A stretch of 64,000 bases of DNA, from NCBI GenBank assembly GCA_963825585.1, contig CAWGTX010000010.1:298554-362553 (forward strand), given 5' to 3'. The position numbers were made by a program, and so were the translations under genes. How positions within the stretch are numbered: the first letter of the stretch is position 1; the number at the start of each line of letters is the position of its first letter. The notes beneath the pieces were generated by a model, which was given only the letters and a program-made list of their open reading frames with translations, ran no database searches and was not told where the DNA came from. This DNA is from an uncultured bacterium (GTDB taxonomy: Bacteria > Actinomycetota > Acidimicrobiia > Spongiisociales > ZC4RG35). Shown one piece after another: positions 28,748 to 38,676 of this stretch.

Positions 28748-29027
28748 CAGTCCTTCAGGCTACATGGGGGCGGCCCCTCGACCAGGCCCGGAACGCCCCG
28801 GTCCTGGACTCCGGTCCCCCTCCGCAGACGGAAAGGGGTCATGCCGATCTCGGCGCCCCGAGCATGCGGAACGGCGTGCCGACCGACGCGCCGACGGGAC
28901 ACCATCTTGCAGGACGATCCCCCGATTCGGGTCCGGGTGGGACGGTCGGCACCCCGACCTATCGGCTCGGGCGTCCGACGACCACTGCCGCTCCTCCCCC
29001 ATCCGAGCGACCTCGTAGTCTCCTCGC

Positions 29028-29807
29028 ATGAGCACCGATCTCGACGTCGCCCTCGAAGCCGCCCGCGCCGGAGCCGAAGTGGTCCGTGCCGCGTTCGGGA
29101 AGACCGCCGACCCACGATTCAAGACATCGGCGGTGGACCCCGTCACCGAGACCGACAAAGCATCCGAGACCGCCATCCTCGATGTCATCAGGGGTCGTCG
29201 GCCCGACGACGTGACCCTCTCGGAGGAGAGCGGCGGGGCCGGGTGGGACGGGCCACGGGTGTGGATCGCCGATCCGCTCGACGGCACGGTCAACTTCATC
29301 CACGGGTTCCCCCACGTGGCGGTTTCGGTGGCCCTGTGGGACAACGGACTGCCGGTCGCCGGCGTCGTGGTCGACGTGGTCCACCGCGAGGAGTTCACCG
29401 CCATCGCCGGGGGTGGCGCCTTCCTGAACGGCGAACCGATACGTGTGTCGGATCAGACCGAATTGGTCCGTTCCCTGATCGTGACCGGGTTCCCTTACGA
29501 CCGTCGCGAGAACGCCGACCGATACACACGAGTGCTGAAGCGTGTGCTCACCGGCATCCAGGGGATCAGACGCACAGGGTCCGCTGCCCTCGACATGTGT
29601 TACGTCGCCTGCGGCCGATTCGACGGGTACTGGGAGTACGGCCTCGGCGCATGGGACGCGGCTGCTTCGCTGATTGCCGTGACAGAGGCGGGCGGCGCCT
29701 GGACCGGGTTCGAGGGTCGGCCCTACCGGCTCGGCACCGATGGCGTGGTGGTGACCAACGGGCTCATCCACGAAGAGCTGACCTCGACAGTCGGGAACGG
29801 GACATGA
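29028..29807 (+). CDS. suhB: inositol monophosphatase family protein
   Basis: …WIADPLDGTVNFIHG… and …GSAALDMCYVACGRFDGYWE… are IMPase motifs. Confidence 0.9.
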   Translation: MSTDLDVALEAARAGAEVVRAAFGKTADPRFKTSAVDPVTETDKASETAILDVIRGRRPDDVTLSEESGGAGWDGPRVWIADPLDGTVNFIHGFPHVAVSVALWDNGLPVAGVVVDVVHREEFTAIAGGGAFLNGEPIRVSDQTELVRSLIVTGFPYDRRENADRYTRVLKRVLTGIQGIRRTGSAALDMCYVACGRFDGYWEYGLGAWDAAASLIAVTEAGGAWTGFEGRPYRLGTDGVVVTNGLIHEELTSTVGNGT

Positions 29808-31324
29808 GCAGGTTGATCACGGCGGCCGGCGTCTTCGGGCGTCCCGATGCGGACTCGGTGGTGGTGAGCGATGGCCGTATCACCGGCATCGGGCGGGCCG
29901 CCGACATCGACGAGCCGGGTCTCGAACGCCTCCCCCGCACCCCTGGAGTCATCCTCACCGGGCTGCGCGATGCCCACATTCATCCCAGCGGGTACGCCGC
30001 AGCCGTGACCGGACTCACCCTGACGGGCATCCGTGACTTCGGCGATCTGCGCGAGCGGGTGGTGGAGGCCGCCCTCGACCTGCATCCGGGGATCCCTGTG
30101 GTGGGCTCACGCCTCGACGAGAACGATCTGGCCGAGCGACGCCTGCCCACCCGCTGGGACCTCGACGGCTTCCTGGAGAACCGACCCATCGTGTTGACCC
30201 GGTCGTGCGGGCACGTGGCGGTTGCCAACTCGGCCGCCCTGCAACGCGCCGGCGTTGGCCCCGACACCGTCGACCCGCCCGAAGGTTCGATCGATCGGGA
30301 CGCCAGGGGACGCCCCACCGGCGTGCTGCGCGAGACCGCGATCGCACTGGTATCGGGAGCGCTGTCCGCCGACAGCCCTTCTCCCGGACCTGAGAGACTG
30401 CTGGCGGCCGTGTCGGGGCTAGCCAGTCTCGGCATCACCCGGATCGACGCCATCGTTTCGGCCGGGACCGCGATCTGGTGCGGCACCGGAAGCGAGCTCG
30501 ACGACATCATCGACATCGCCCCCGACCTCCCGATCGGGCTGTCGGTGTTCGTCACGGCCGCCACCCCGGCCGAACTGGAAGGCTCGGCGGGACGTCTCCG
30601 CGACGCCGGAGTCACCTGGGCCGGACTGAAGGCGTTCTCCGATGGCAGCCTAGGAGGCCACACCGCCGCCCTCGATGCACCCTACGCCGATCACCCCTCG
30701 ACCGGAACCCTCCGGCTGGATCCGCTGCGGGACGAGGCACTCGCCGAGGCCACACTCGACATGGGTGGAACGGTGGCCATCCACGCCATCGGCGACCGCG
30801 CCAACGCTGCCGTGCTCGACCTGTTCGCCTCGCTCAAGGGCGGCTGGGCCGATCCCGCCCGATTCCGGGTGGAACACGCCTCGGTGCTATCACCCGAACT
30901 GGTGGACCGCTTCGCCGATCTCGGCGTGACCGCTTCGGTACAGCCTGCCTTCATCGCCTCCGAGGTCGACTGGCTGGCACGACGGCTCGGAGCCGAACGC
31001 ACCCGATGGACCTACCCCCTCCGCGCGCTCCACGAAGCGGGCGTCCCCCTCATCGCCGGATCCGATTCGCCGGTGGAGAACCCCAATCCGTGGCCGGCGA
31101 TCGCCGCCGCCGCCGACAACCCCATCACGCCCGAGGAATCGCTGGGTGTCGAGCGCTCACTCGCCATCTACGGCGGGCGGCCACCGATGGTGGGTGACGT
31201 CGCCGATCTCATCGTCGTCGACCAGGATCCCCGAACGAGCGAGGACCTGGCTGCCACCACCGTGTTGGCGACCTATGTTGCCGGTTGGCGTGTCGACGCC
31301 CCAGCATTCCGCTGGCCGAGCTGA
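29804..31324 (+). CDS. amidohydrolase-family metal-dependent hydrolase (Amidohydro_3-like)
   Basis: …LRDAHIHPSGY…, …VAIHAIGDRAN… and …LIAGSDSPVENPNPW…; ATG overlaps the suhB stop as ATGA. The track ORF from 28556 is an upstream artefact. Confidence 0.8.
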   Translation: MSRLITAAGVFGRPDADSVVVSDGRITGIGRAADIDEPGLERLPRTPGVILTGLRDAHIHPSGYAAAVTGLTLTGIRDFGDLRERVVEAALDLHPGIPVVGSRLDENDLAERRLPTRWDLDGFLENRPIVLTRSCGHVAVANSAALQRAGVGPDTVDPPEGSIDRDARGRPTGVLRETAIALVSGALSADSPSPGPERLLAAVSGLASLGITRIDAIVSAGTAIWCGTGSELDDIIDIAPDLPIGLSVFVTAATPAELEGSAGRLRDAGVTWAGLKAFSDGSLGGHTAALDAPYADHPSTGTLRLDPLRDEALAEATLDMGGTVAIHAIGDRANAAVLDLFASLKGGWADPARFRVEHASVLSPELVDRFADLGVTASVQPAFIASEVDWLARRLGAERTRWTYPLRALHEAGVPLIAGSDSPVENPNPWPAIAAAADNPITPEESLGVERSLAIYGGRPPMVGDVADLIVVDQDPRTSEDLAATTVLATYVAGWRVDAPAFRWPS

Positions 31325-31361
31325 CCGGAGCCGAAGCGTTCGCCAACCTGCCAGGTGTCCG

Positions 31362-32639
31362 TCAGTGATCGTGGGAGACGGATGGAGCGACGCCCGATCC
31401 GTTCTCGCCCAGACCCCGCAGGATGTCCACACCGGTGGCGGTCTCGATCTGCTCCACGATCCGGATCACCGCCGACGGCATCTGTGACACCAGTGACGGA
31501 ACACCCTGGCCGTTGCCAGAGTCGATCACCGAGATCTTGTCGATCGAGATACCCTCGACCGTCGACACGATCCGGTCGACGAGTTCCGGGAGCATGTTCA
31601 GCATGAAGATGCGCTGGCCCTCCGGACCCGCCTCCTTCACCTGCTCGACGAGACGCCGGTAGATCTCGATCTGGGCGTTCCCGTCTTCGATGATGCTCGC
31701 CGCCGACCCCTTGGCCTCGAGCTCGGCCGCCTCCCGGGAAGCCCGGGCCGGTGCCACGACGTCCGCTTCCAACCGTCGCTGCTCGAGCTGGATTCGCTCC
31801 TGCTGCAGTTCCTGCTCCGCAACGGCTCGAGCTTTCTCGCCCGCCACCGACGCCTCGGCTTCCCGGGCCACCGCCTCGGCGTCGAGTTCGGCCTGGCGTA
31901 CTCGCAGCGCGTTCTGGCGTTCGACGATCTTGAGCTGCGCCTCCACGCGGGCCACCTCGGATCGGCGCTGGGACTCCGCCTCGGACTCCTCGGCCTCGGC
32001 CTTGCGCTCGGCCTCGGCCACCCTGGCCTCCATCAGTACCGACGCCGTACGACGGCGCCCCACCGAGTCCAGATACCCGACCTCGTCGGTCACGTTCTGG
32101 ATCTTCAGCACGTCGAGATCGAGCCCGAGCGTGCGCATGTCCTCGTCGGCCTCGTCGATGAGGGTCTGGGCGAACTTGAGACGGTCCTCGTTCACCTCCT
32201 CAGGAGTGAGCGTGGCGAGCACGCCGCGCAGGTTCGCCTCGAGCGTCTCCTTGGCGAGCTGCTGGATGTACTCGGTCGGCCGGCCCAGGAACCGTTCGAT
32301 GGCGTTGCCGAGAATCCCCTCCGTCGAGGAGACCTTGACGTTGCCCACCGCCTGGACATCCAGCGGGATGGATCCCTTCGAGTATGCGTTCTTCACCGAC
32401 ACCTCGATGGCGATGGTGTTGAGATCGATCCAATCGACCTTCTCGAGGAGGGGAATCCGGATGGTCCGTCCACCCTGCAACGGTCGGTAACCGGCGACCG
32501 TCCCGTCCGCAGTCTTCCGACCCCTACCGGAGATGACCGCCACCCGGTTCGGCGGGCAGATGATGATGAGGCTCTTCAGCGTCACCACCACCACCAACAC
32601 CGCGCCAACGACGATCCCTGCAAGTACCAACCACGTCAT
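31362..32639 (-). CDS. flotillin-like SPFH/band-7 protein (YqiK/FloA type)
   Basis: N-terminal TM helix, SPFH domain, long Ala/Glu-rich coiled coil; 425 aa. Confidence 0.85.
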   Translation of the reverse strand: MTWLVLAGIVVGAVLVVVVTLKSLIIICPPNRVAVISGRGRKTADGTVAGYRPLQGGRTIRIPLLEKVDWIDLNTIAIEVSVKNAYSKGSIPLDVQAVGNVKVSSTEGILGNAIERFLGRPTEYIQQLAKETLEANLRGVLATLTPEEVNEDRLKFAQTLIDEADEDMRTLGLDLDVLKIQNVTDEVGYLDSVGRRRTASVLMEARVAEAERKAEAEESEAESQRRSEVARVEAQLKIVERQNALRVRQAELDAEAVAREAEASVAGEKARAVAEQELQQERIQLEQRRLEADVVAPARASREAAELEAKGSAASIIEDGNAQIEIYRRLVEQVKEAGPEGQRIFMLNMLPELVDRIVSTVEGISIDKISVIDSGNGQGVPSLVSQMPSAVIRIVEQIETATGVDILRGLGENGSGVAPSVSHDH

Positions 32640-32661
32640 GATGCTCCTCTCGATCCAAACC

Positions 32662-33234
32662 TCACAAGACGTCCAACGGGGCGATCTTCGCCACGCCTTC
32701 GTGCACTTCGACCACGACCACTTCGGTGCCTACCTCGTACGTCTCCGTGTCCGGACGAAAGGGTTCGGCCACCAGCGCCAGGGTGCGGCCGTCGACCTGA
32801 ATGCTCACCCGGCCACGTCGACCGGAACCAACCGGAACGGTGACCCTGGCCGGTACCCCGGACACAGACGATTCGGACACGCCGACACCACCGCTGGTCC
32901 TGGTCACATACCGCATGATGCGGTCGTTGAGGAAACCGGCGAACGCACCCATTCCGAGGGCGGCGACGAGCGTGGCGACCGGTCCGGTCCCCATCAGCGG
33001 CAGGACCAATCCGGTGACGCCGAAGAACGCCATGGAGAAGATGATGGTTCGAGCCGACAGGAGCGACGACAGCAACCCGCCGGCACCGGATGCGGACCCT
33101 TCCCCGCCACCGGTCAGCCCATCGGCGTCGAGGTCCGCCGAGAGTTCGACGCCACCATCCGCATCTCCGCCCAGAAGCATCACGGCCGTGAGCACACCGC
33201 CGACCACGGCGCAGAATCCGTACAGAGCGATCAT
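32662..33234 (-). CDS. NfeD-like membrane protein (flotillin partner, YqiJ-like)
   Basis: Lies upstream of the flotillin gene on the same strand. Start MIALYGFCAVV…; TM helices plus a C-terminal OB-like segment …VSIQVDGRTLALVAEP…EVGTEVVVVEVHEGVAKIAPLD. Confidence 0.7.
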   Translation of the reverse strand: MIALYGFCAVVGGVLTAVMLLGGDADGGVELSADLDADGLTGGGEGSASGAGGLLSSLLSARTIIFSMAFFGVTGLVLPLMGTGPVATLVAALGMGAFAGFLNDRIMRYVTRTSGGVGVSESSVSGVPARVTVPVGSGRRGRVSIQVDGRTLALVAEPFRPDTETYEVGTEVVVVEVHEGVAKIAPLDVL

Positions 33235-33339
33235 TCGGGATAGCCGTTCACCCCGCCAACCGTACCCGCCGGAAACTCCAAGCGGACATACCAGGGGCGC
33301 CACCGGGGAAGGCGACCGGGCTGCGCCTAGGGTGGAACC

Positions 33340-33783
33340 ATGACCACGTGGCAGATCACCGTCGACTGTTCAGACCCTTCCCGGCTGGTGGGCTTCTGGG
33401 CCGAGGCACTCGGCTACGAACCGCAACCGCCCCCGGACGGGTTCGACAGCTGGAACGCCTGGTACCTCTCGGTTGGTGTGCCAGAGGACGAGCTGGAACT
33501 GGACGGAGACGGCTCGGACCGCATCCGGGATCCCCGTGGCGAGGGTCCCAACATCTGGTTCCAACCGGTCCCCGAGCCCAAGTCGGTCAAGAACCGTCTC
33601 CACTTCGACATCTACGTCGGTGGCGGCCGCGGCGTGCCGATCGAGGAGCGGCGCAATCGCGTCGACGCCCGGGTCGCCGAGCTCGTGGCCATCGGCGGGA
33701 CCATCCGCAACACCTCGGACGAGAACGACCATTACTTCGTGGGCATGCGCGACCCCGAGGGCAACGAGTTCTGCGTCGCCTGA
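33340..33783 (+). CDS. VOC/glyoxalase-family protein
   Basis: MTTWQITVDCSDPSRLVGFWAEALGY…HFDIYV…DPEGNEFCV; 147 aa. Confidence 0.8.
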   Translation: MTTWQITVDCSDPSRLVGFWAEALGYEPQPPPDGFDSWNAWYLSVGVPEDELELDGDGSDRIRDPRGEGPNIWFQPVPEPKSVKNRLHFDIYVGGGRGVPIEERRNRVDARVAELVAIGGTIRNTSDENDHYFVGMRDPEGNEFCVA

Positions 33784-33838
33784 CGGGTCCGACGCTCGTA
33801 GCCCCGTTGCCGGCCGGAGCCACTACCTTCCCTGTGCC

Positions 33839-35833
33839 GTGAGTGACCCGATCATCCCCACCCTCCCGTCGATCGCGTTCGGAGGCGACTACAACCCCGA
33901 ACAGTGGGACGAGTCCGTGTGGCGGGAGGACATCGAACTCATGCAGCGCGCCGGGGTCAACCTGGTATCGGTGGGGGTCTTCAGTTGGTCGTTCCTCGAA
34001 CCGGAACCGGGCCGGTACGAGCTGGGAGTGCTCGAACAGGTGGTGGACCTGCTTCACGAAGGCGGGATCCGGGTGAACCTGGCCAACGCCACCGCATCAC
34101 CTCCTGCCTGGATGGCGCTCCGGTACCCCGAGACGCTGCCCGTGGCAGCCGACGGCACCGTGCTCGGATTCGGGTCCCGGCAGCAGTACTGCCCGTCGAG
34201 CCCGGCGTTCCGGGAAGCGGCGGCCGCCCTGACCGACCAGATCGGATCCCGGTTCGGCCGACACCCGGCTCTCGCGATGTGGCATGTCAACAACGAGTAC
34301 GGCTGCCACGTCTCCGAGTGCTTTTGCGCCGTGTCCGAAAGCGACTTCCGGCGGTGGCTGGTCGACCGGTATACGACGATCGATCGACTGAACGAAGCCT
34401 GGGGCACAGCGTTCTGGAGCCAGCGGTACCAGGCATTCGACGAGGTCGCTTCCCCGGCGGCGATGCCCACATTCCCCAATCCTTCGCAGCTGCTCGACTG
34501 GCGCCGGTTCGGCTCCGACACGCTCATCGAGTTGTTCCGCCTCGAACGCGACATCCTCCGAAGACACGCCCCCGAGGTGCCGGTCACCACCAACTTTCTC
34601 GGGATGTACCCGCCGATCGACTACTGGAAGATGGCGGCCGAGGAGGACGTGGTTTCCCAGGACTCATATCCCGATCCATTCGACCAGGCCGGATCGACCA
34701 CGGGAGCGGCCGCCGTGTGCGACCTGGTTCGCTCGCTCGGGGACGGGCGTCCCTGGATCCTGATGGAACAGGCCGCCTCCAGCGTCCAATGGCGGACACG
34801 GAACGGGTTGAAGCGACCCGGGCAGATGCGGGCCCAGAGTCTGCAAGCCGTGGGGCGGGGAGCCGACGGCGTGATGTTCTTCCAATGGCGCCAGTCGGTC
34901 CGGGGCGCCGAACGGTTCCACTCGGGCATGGTCCCCCACGCCGGCACCGACACCCGTGTGTGGCGGGAAATCGAAGGTCTCGGCGCCGACCTGGCCCGCC
35001 TCCAACCCCTGGTCGGAACCCGGGTGGAAGCCGAAACGGCCATCGTCTTCGACTGGGAGAGCTGGTGGTCACATCGCAACGAGGTCCAGCCCGGGCCAGT
35101 CGATTATCCCGCCGTCGTCGGCGACCATCACCGCGCCCTGTGGGAGCGATCGATCACCGCAGATCTTGTACCTCCCATGCGAGCGCTCGACCGGTACCGG
35201 TTGGTGGTGGTCCCCGCCCTGTTCCGGATGTCCCCCGACGTGGAGGACTGGCTCACCCGGTTCGTCGAGTCGGGCGGGACAATGCTCGTCACCCGGCAGT
35301 CGGGCATCGTCGATGGCGACGACCGGGTTCGCACCGGCGGGTATCTGGCGGGGCTCCCGCTCGGGATGTGGGTCGAGGAGTTCGACGTCCAGCCCAAGGG
35401 CCGCACGCTCGAGATCCGGACCGCCGACCGCAGACGATTCACCGCCCGGGAGTGGCGTGACGTCATCAGGCCGACCGGCGCCGAAGTGCTGGCCGAATCA
35501 CCCACCCCCCACTTCCCCGGCCCGGTGGTCACCCGCAACCGCTTCGGCTCCGGGCATGCCTGGTACCTGGGCACCCGACTCGACCCCGAAGGTCTCGGCT
35601 GGCTCACCGACAAGCTCCTGTCGGACTCCGGCCTCACACAGCCCCTTCCCGTTCCCGCCGGTGTCGAATTGGTGACCCGCACCGACGGAGCCAACCGGTT
35701 CCACGTCCTCATCAACCACGGTGACGCCGAGGCGAAGATCTCCCTCCCCGCTCCCATGCACGAGCTGCTCACGGGCGCGACCACCAAGGCGATCCGGCTC
35801 GCCTCACAGGACGTTGCCGTTCTGAGGACGTAA
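33839..35833 (+). CDS. beta-galactosidase, glycoside hydrolase family 42
   Basis: …FGGDYNPEQWDESVWREDIELMQRAGVNLVSVGVFSWSFLEP…WHVNNEYGCH… plus the GH42 trimerisation and C-terminal domains; probable GTG start at 33839. The track ORF from 33473 is an upstream extension. Confidence 0.85.
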   Translation: MSDPIIPTLPSIAFGGDYNPEQWDESVWREDIELMQRAGVNLVSVGVFSWSFLEPEPGRYELGVLEQVVDLLHEGGIRVNLANATASPPAWMALRYPETLPVAADGTVLGFGSRQQYCPSSPAFREAAAALTDQIGSRFGRHPALAMWHVNNEYGCHVSECFCAVSESDFRRWLVDRYTTIDRLNEAWGTAFWSQRYQAFDEVASPAAMPTFPNPSQLLDWRRFGSDTLIELFRLERDILRRHAPEVPVTTNFLGMYPPIDYWKMAAEEDVVSQDSYPDPFDQAGSTTGAAAVCDLVRSLGDGRPWILMEQAASSVQWRTRNGLKRPGQMRAQSLQAVGRGADGVMFFQWRQSVRGAERFHSGMVPHAGTDTRVWREIEGLGADLARLQPLVGTRVEAETAIVFDWESWWSHRNEVQPGPVDYPAVVGDHHRALWERSITADLVPPMRALDRYRLVVVPALFRMSPDVEDWLTRFVESGGTMLVTRQSGIVDGDDRVRTGGYLAGLPLGMWVEEFDVQPKGRTLEIRTADRRRFTAREWRDVIRPTGAEVLAESPTPHFPGPVVTRNRFGSGHAWYLGTRLDPEGLGWLTDKLLSDSGLTQPLPVPAGVELVTRTDGANRFHVLINHGDAEAKISLPAPMHELLTGATTKAIRLASQDVAVLRT

Positions 35834-35837
35834 ACAC

Positions 35838-36175
35838 TCTTGTCCCCCGCGAGCTTGCGAGAGGGGGAAGGGGTCCCCGCTTGCGGGGTAGGGGGGGCCT
35901 TTCCCTCGCGAGCATGAGTCGCGCGTTCGGGAACGTGTGCGGAGTTCTTCTCGTGGGCTTTCAACCCCCCTACCCCGCTCCTTCGTCGCGGGGGCCCCTT
36001 CCCCCACTGCGTGGGGGACAAAGGTGTTGGCCTATCCCTCGCGAGCATGACGTCGCGTTCCGGAACGTGTGAGAAGTTCATCTCGCGGGCTCTCGACCCC
36101 CCTACCCCGTTCGTCCCTCACCCCGGCGCTTCGCCGGACGGACCCTTCCCCCACTCCGTGGGAGACGGAAGCGAT
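35838..36175. repeat. two ~133-bp tandem units (35898-36030, 36031-~36175), each with a CTCGCGAG palindrome and a CCCCCAC-nnn-GTGGGGG hairpin, preceded by an inverted partial copy (35838-35897)
   Basis: Unit 1 starts CCTTTCCCTCGCGAGCATGAGTCGCGCGTTCGGGAACGTGTG…; unit 2 starts CCTATCCCTCGCGAGCATGACGTCGCGTTCCGGAACGTGTG…. It lies in the gap between GH42 and the M3 peptidase. Confidence 0.75.
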
Positions 36176-36179
36176 CGGT

Positions 36180-38141
36180 ATGGTTCACCGGATGCTGTTC
36201 GACTACTCCGGCGTCACCGCCGATTCGATCCGTCTGACCGTCGAGAGCGCCATCGCAGAGGCCGAGGCGATCGTGGACCGGGTGGTGGAAGGCGACCACG
36301 ACACGTTCGACCGGGTCATGGCTCCGCTCGGAGAGGCGGGCAACATCATGGCCCGCACGTACGGCACCACTGCGTTCATGGGATACGTCCACCCCGACGC
36401 CACCATTCGCGCCGTTGGAAAAGAAGTCGAGGAGCGCATCTCGAAGTGGGGTGTCGAGCTGGCCTTCCGTGATGATCTTTACGCCGCCGTGAAGGCATAC
36501 TCGAAAAGTGCAGAAGCCTCAGGTCTCCCGGGTGATCGGGCCAGGCTGCTGCAGTTCACGATGCGTGACTTCCGCAAAGCGGGCCACGAACTCGCCCCTG
36601 AAGCCCGGGCCCGGGTGAAGGACCTCACCAACCGCCTGGTCGAGTTGGGTGTCGCCTTCGAACGGAACATCGCCGAGGACACGTCGAAGGTGCTGGTCAC
36701 ACCCGACGACCTGGCGGGGCTGCCGCCCGGATTCGCCGAGTCGCTCGAGCCAGGAGACGAGCCCGGGACTCTGGCGGTGACCATGGCCTACCCCCACGTC
36801 ATCCCCTTCCTCGACAACGCCGACCGCCGCGACCTGCGCGCCGCAGTCCACTCCGCCTTCAACTCGCGAGCCACCGGGGCGAACCGGCCGATCCTCGAGG
36901 AAGCGGTGGCGATTCGCGCCGAGATCGCCTCGCTGTTCGGGCGACCCTCGTGGGCGCATCACCAGCTGGATGAGAAGATGGCGAAGACCCCCGAGCGAGT
37001 GGAATCGTTCCTGGCGTCGCTGCGTGGTCCGCTGACCGAGGCGGCCACCGGCGAGATCGCCCGGATGGCGGCGCTGCTCGAGGCCGACACCGGCGACACG
37101 GAGCTGCAGATCTATGACTGGCGCTACTACGACACCCAACTTCGACGCACCGAGTACGGCGTGGACCAGGCGGCGGTGTCCGAGTATTTCCCGCTCGACA
37201 GTGTGATCGCCGGTCTCCTCGAGTTGACCGGAGAGGTGTTCGGACTGCGCTACATCGAGGTCGACGCCCCCACCTGGCACCCCGACGTGATCACCTACCT
37301 GATCTCCGACGCTGCCTCGGGTGACCCCATCGCCCACTTCCACATGGATCTGTTCCCGCGTGAGGGCAAGTTCAGCCACGCCGCCGCCTTCCCGCTGGTC
37401 CAGGGTCGCCGCAACCCCGACGGCACCTACCAGATGCCGGTCTCGGCCATCGTCGCAAACTTCACCAAGCCCGTCGGCGGTCGCCCGTCGCTCCTGACCC
37501 ACCAGGAAGTGGCGACGTTCTTCCACGAATTCGGCCACATCCTCCACCAGACGCTCACCACCGTCGACCTGCTCCGCTTCTCGGGAACGTCGACCGAGCG
37601 CGACTTCGTGGAAGCCCCCAGCCAGATCATGGAGCACTGGACCTGGAAGCCCGACGTGCTCGCCCGCTTCGCCCGCCACCACCAGACCGGCGAACCGATC
37701 CCTGCGGACATGGTGGACCAACTGGCATCGGCAAAACAGCTCAACGTGGCGATCGCCACACTCCGCCAGATGCAGTTCGCCCTGCTCGACATGCGCCTCC
37801 ACGACGCCACCCTTCCCAAGGATCTCGACAGCATCGTCGAGGAAGCGACATCGGTAGCACTGCTGCCACCGATCGAAGGAACCTTCTTCCCCGCCAGCTT
37901 CGGGCACCTGCTCGGCGGCTACGACGCCGGCTACTACGGCTACCTGTGGTCGGAGGTCTATGGCGACGACATGTTCAGCAGGTTCGAGGAAGAGGGATAT
38001 ACCAGCCCGAGCGTGGGCATGGCCTACAGGCGGACCATTCTCGAACAGGGCGGCACCAAAGACGGGATGGACTTGCTCCGCGAGTTCCTGGGGCGCGAGC
38101 CCAACAACGAAGCCTTCCTCCGCAACCTCGGGATCGGGTAG
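36180..38141 (+). CDS. M3-family zinc metallopeptidase (oligopeptidase A / peptidyl-dipeptidase Dcp-like)
   Basis: HEFGH zinc motif (…FFHEFGHILHQT…), a downstream E ligand and M3-family length; start MVHRMLFDY at 36180. Confidence 0.9.
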   Translation: MVHRMLFDYSGVTADSIRLTVESAIAEAEAIVDRVVEGDHDTFDRVMAPLGEAGNIMARTYGTTAFMGYVHPDATIRAVGKEVEERISKWGVELAFRDDLYAAVKAYSKSAEASGLPGDRARLLQFTMRDFRKAGHELAPEARARVKDLTNRLVELGVAFERNIAEDTSKVLVTPDDLAGLPPGFAESLEPGDEPGTLAVTMAYPHVIPFLDNADRRDLRAAVHSAFNSRATGANRPILEEAVAIRAEIASLFGRPSWAHHQLDEKMAKTPERVESFLASLRGPLTEAATGEIARMAALLEADTGDTELQIYDWRYYDTQLRRTEYGVDQAAVSEYFPLDSVIAGLLELTGEVFGLRYIEVDAPTWHPDVITYLISDAASGDPIAHFHMDLFPREGKFSHAAAFPLVQGRRNPDGTYQMPVSAIVANFTKPVGGRPSLLTHQEVATFFHEFGHILHQTLTTVDLLRFSGTSTERDFVEAPSQIMEHWTWKPDVLARFARHHQTGEPIPADMVDQLASAKQLNVAIATLRQMQFALLDMRLHDATLPKDLDSIVEEATSVALLPPIEGTFFPASFGHLLGGYDAGYYGYLWSEVYGDDMFSRFEEEGYTSPSVGMAYRRTILEQGGTKDGMDLLREFLGREPNNEAFLRNLGIG

Positions 38142-38219
38142 CCGGGAACCGAAAAGCCGGTTCAGGCGTCTCATAGGCATGCCGACGGAGAACCGTGAAC
38201 AGAACCTTCACCGGTCGTT

Positions 38220-38251
38220 TACGGGTTCTTTAGAAGGCTCGGCACATAATC
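38220..38251 (+). promoter_or_regulatory. putative sigma-A-type promoter (-10 CATAAT at 38245-38250) in an AT-richer leader upstream of the small zinc-ribbon gene
   Basis: Local drop in GC at 38170-38340; an ATAAT hexamer sits ~115 nt upstream of the ATG. Confidence 0.3.
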
Positions 38252-38365
38252 ATCGAAAGTCGAAATCCAGATCCGGCGTTGCTTCGTATAGATGGTGAGA
38301 ACTGGGAAGAAACCAGCTCCCACCGACGTTGGTCAGGTGGACGGCCCCAGGCAGAGGAGGCCCTT

Positions 38366-38560
38366 ATGTCAGATACGATGAAAGGCCAATCGATCAAGGG
38401 CGTGACCCGCCCATCGAAAGACTTCGGTGAAGGTCGCGTCTGTGCGGAGAAGGACTGTGAGACCAAGCTCAGTCGCTACAACCGCCGCGATCACTGTTAC
38501 ACACACGCACCCGTCAAGTACCCACGCGTCCGTGGGCGGATCCTCCCGGAAGGAACCTGA
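38366..38560 (+). CDS. small (64 aa) Cys3His zinc-ribbon protein, monocistronic
   Basis: MSDTMKGQSIKGVTRPSKDFGEGRVCAEKDCETKLSRYNRRDHCYTHAPVKYPRVRGRILPEGT; RBS AGGAGG 5 nt upstream; C-x4-C-x13-C-x2-H; a strong terminator follows. Confidence 0.55.
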   Translation: MSDTMKGQSIKGVTRPSKDFGEGRVCAEKDCETKLSRYNRRDHCYTHAPVKYPRVRGRILPEGT

Positions 38561-38641
38561 CCCCGAGATGTGATCCAAACTCGAGTACCCGGTGAATCGA
38601 CTCAGGTTCTCTCCCCTCCCCGAGGGTCGGGTCACCGTAGA

Positions 38642-38676
38642 GAAGGCTCGGCCGCAAGGCCGAGCCTTCTTGTTTG
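38642..38676 (+). terminator. intrinsic terminator: 12-bp stem with GNRA tetraloop (GAAGGCTCGGCC-GCAA-GGCCGAGCCTTC) followed by TTGTTTG
   Basis: Direct reading; ~80 nt downstream of the small zinc-ribbon ORF. Confidence 0.7.

Noticed and set aside
35881-36472. Small ORFs 35881..36072+ and 36011..36472+ with the repeated LSLASM(S/T)R peptide
   Set aside because: They derive from the 133-bp DNA repeat, whose period is not a multiple of 3. The frames differ between copies, so conservation is at the DNA level and not the protein level.
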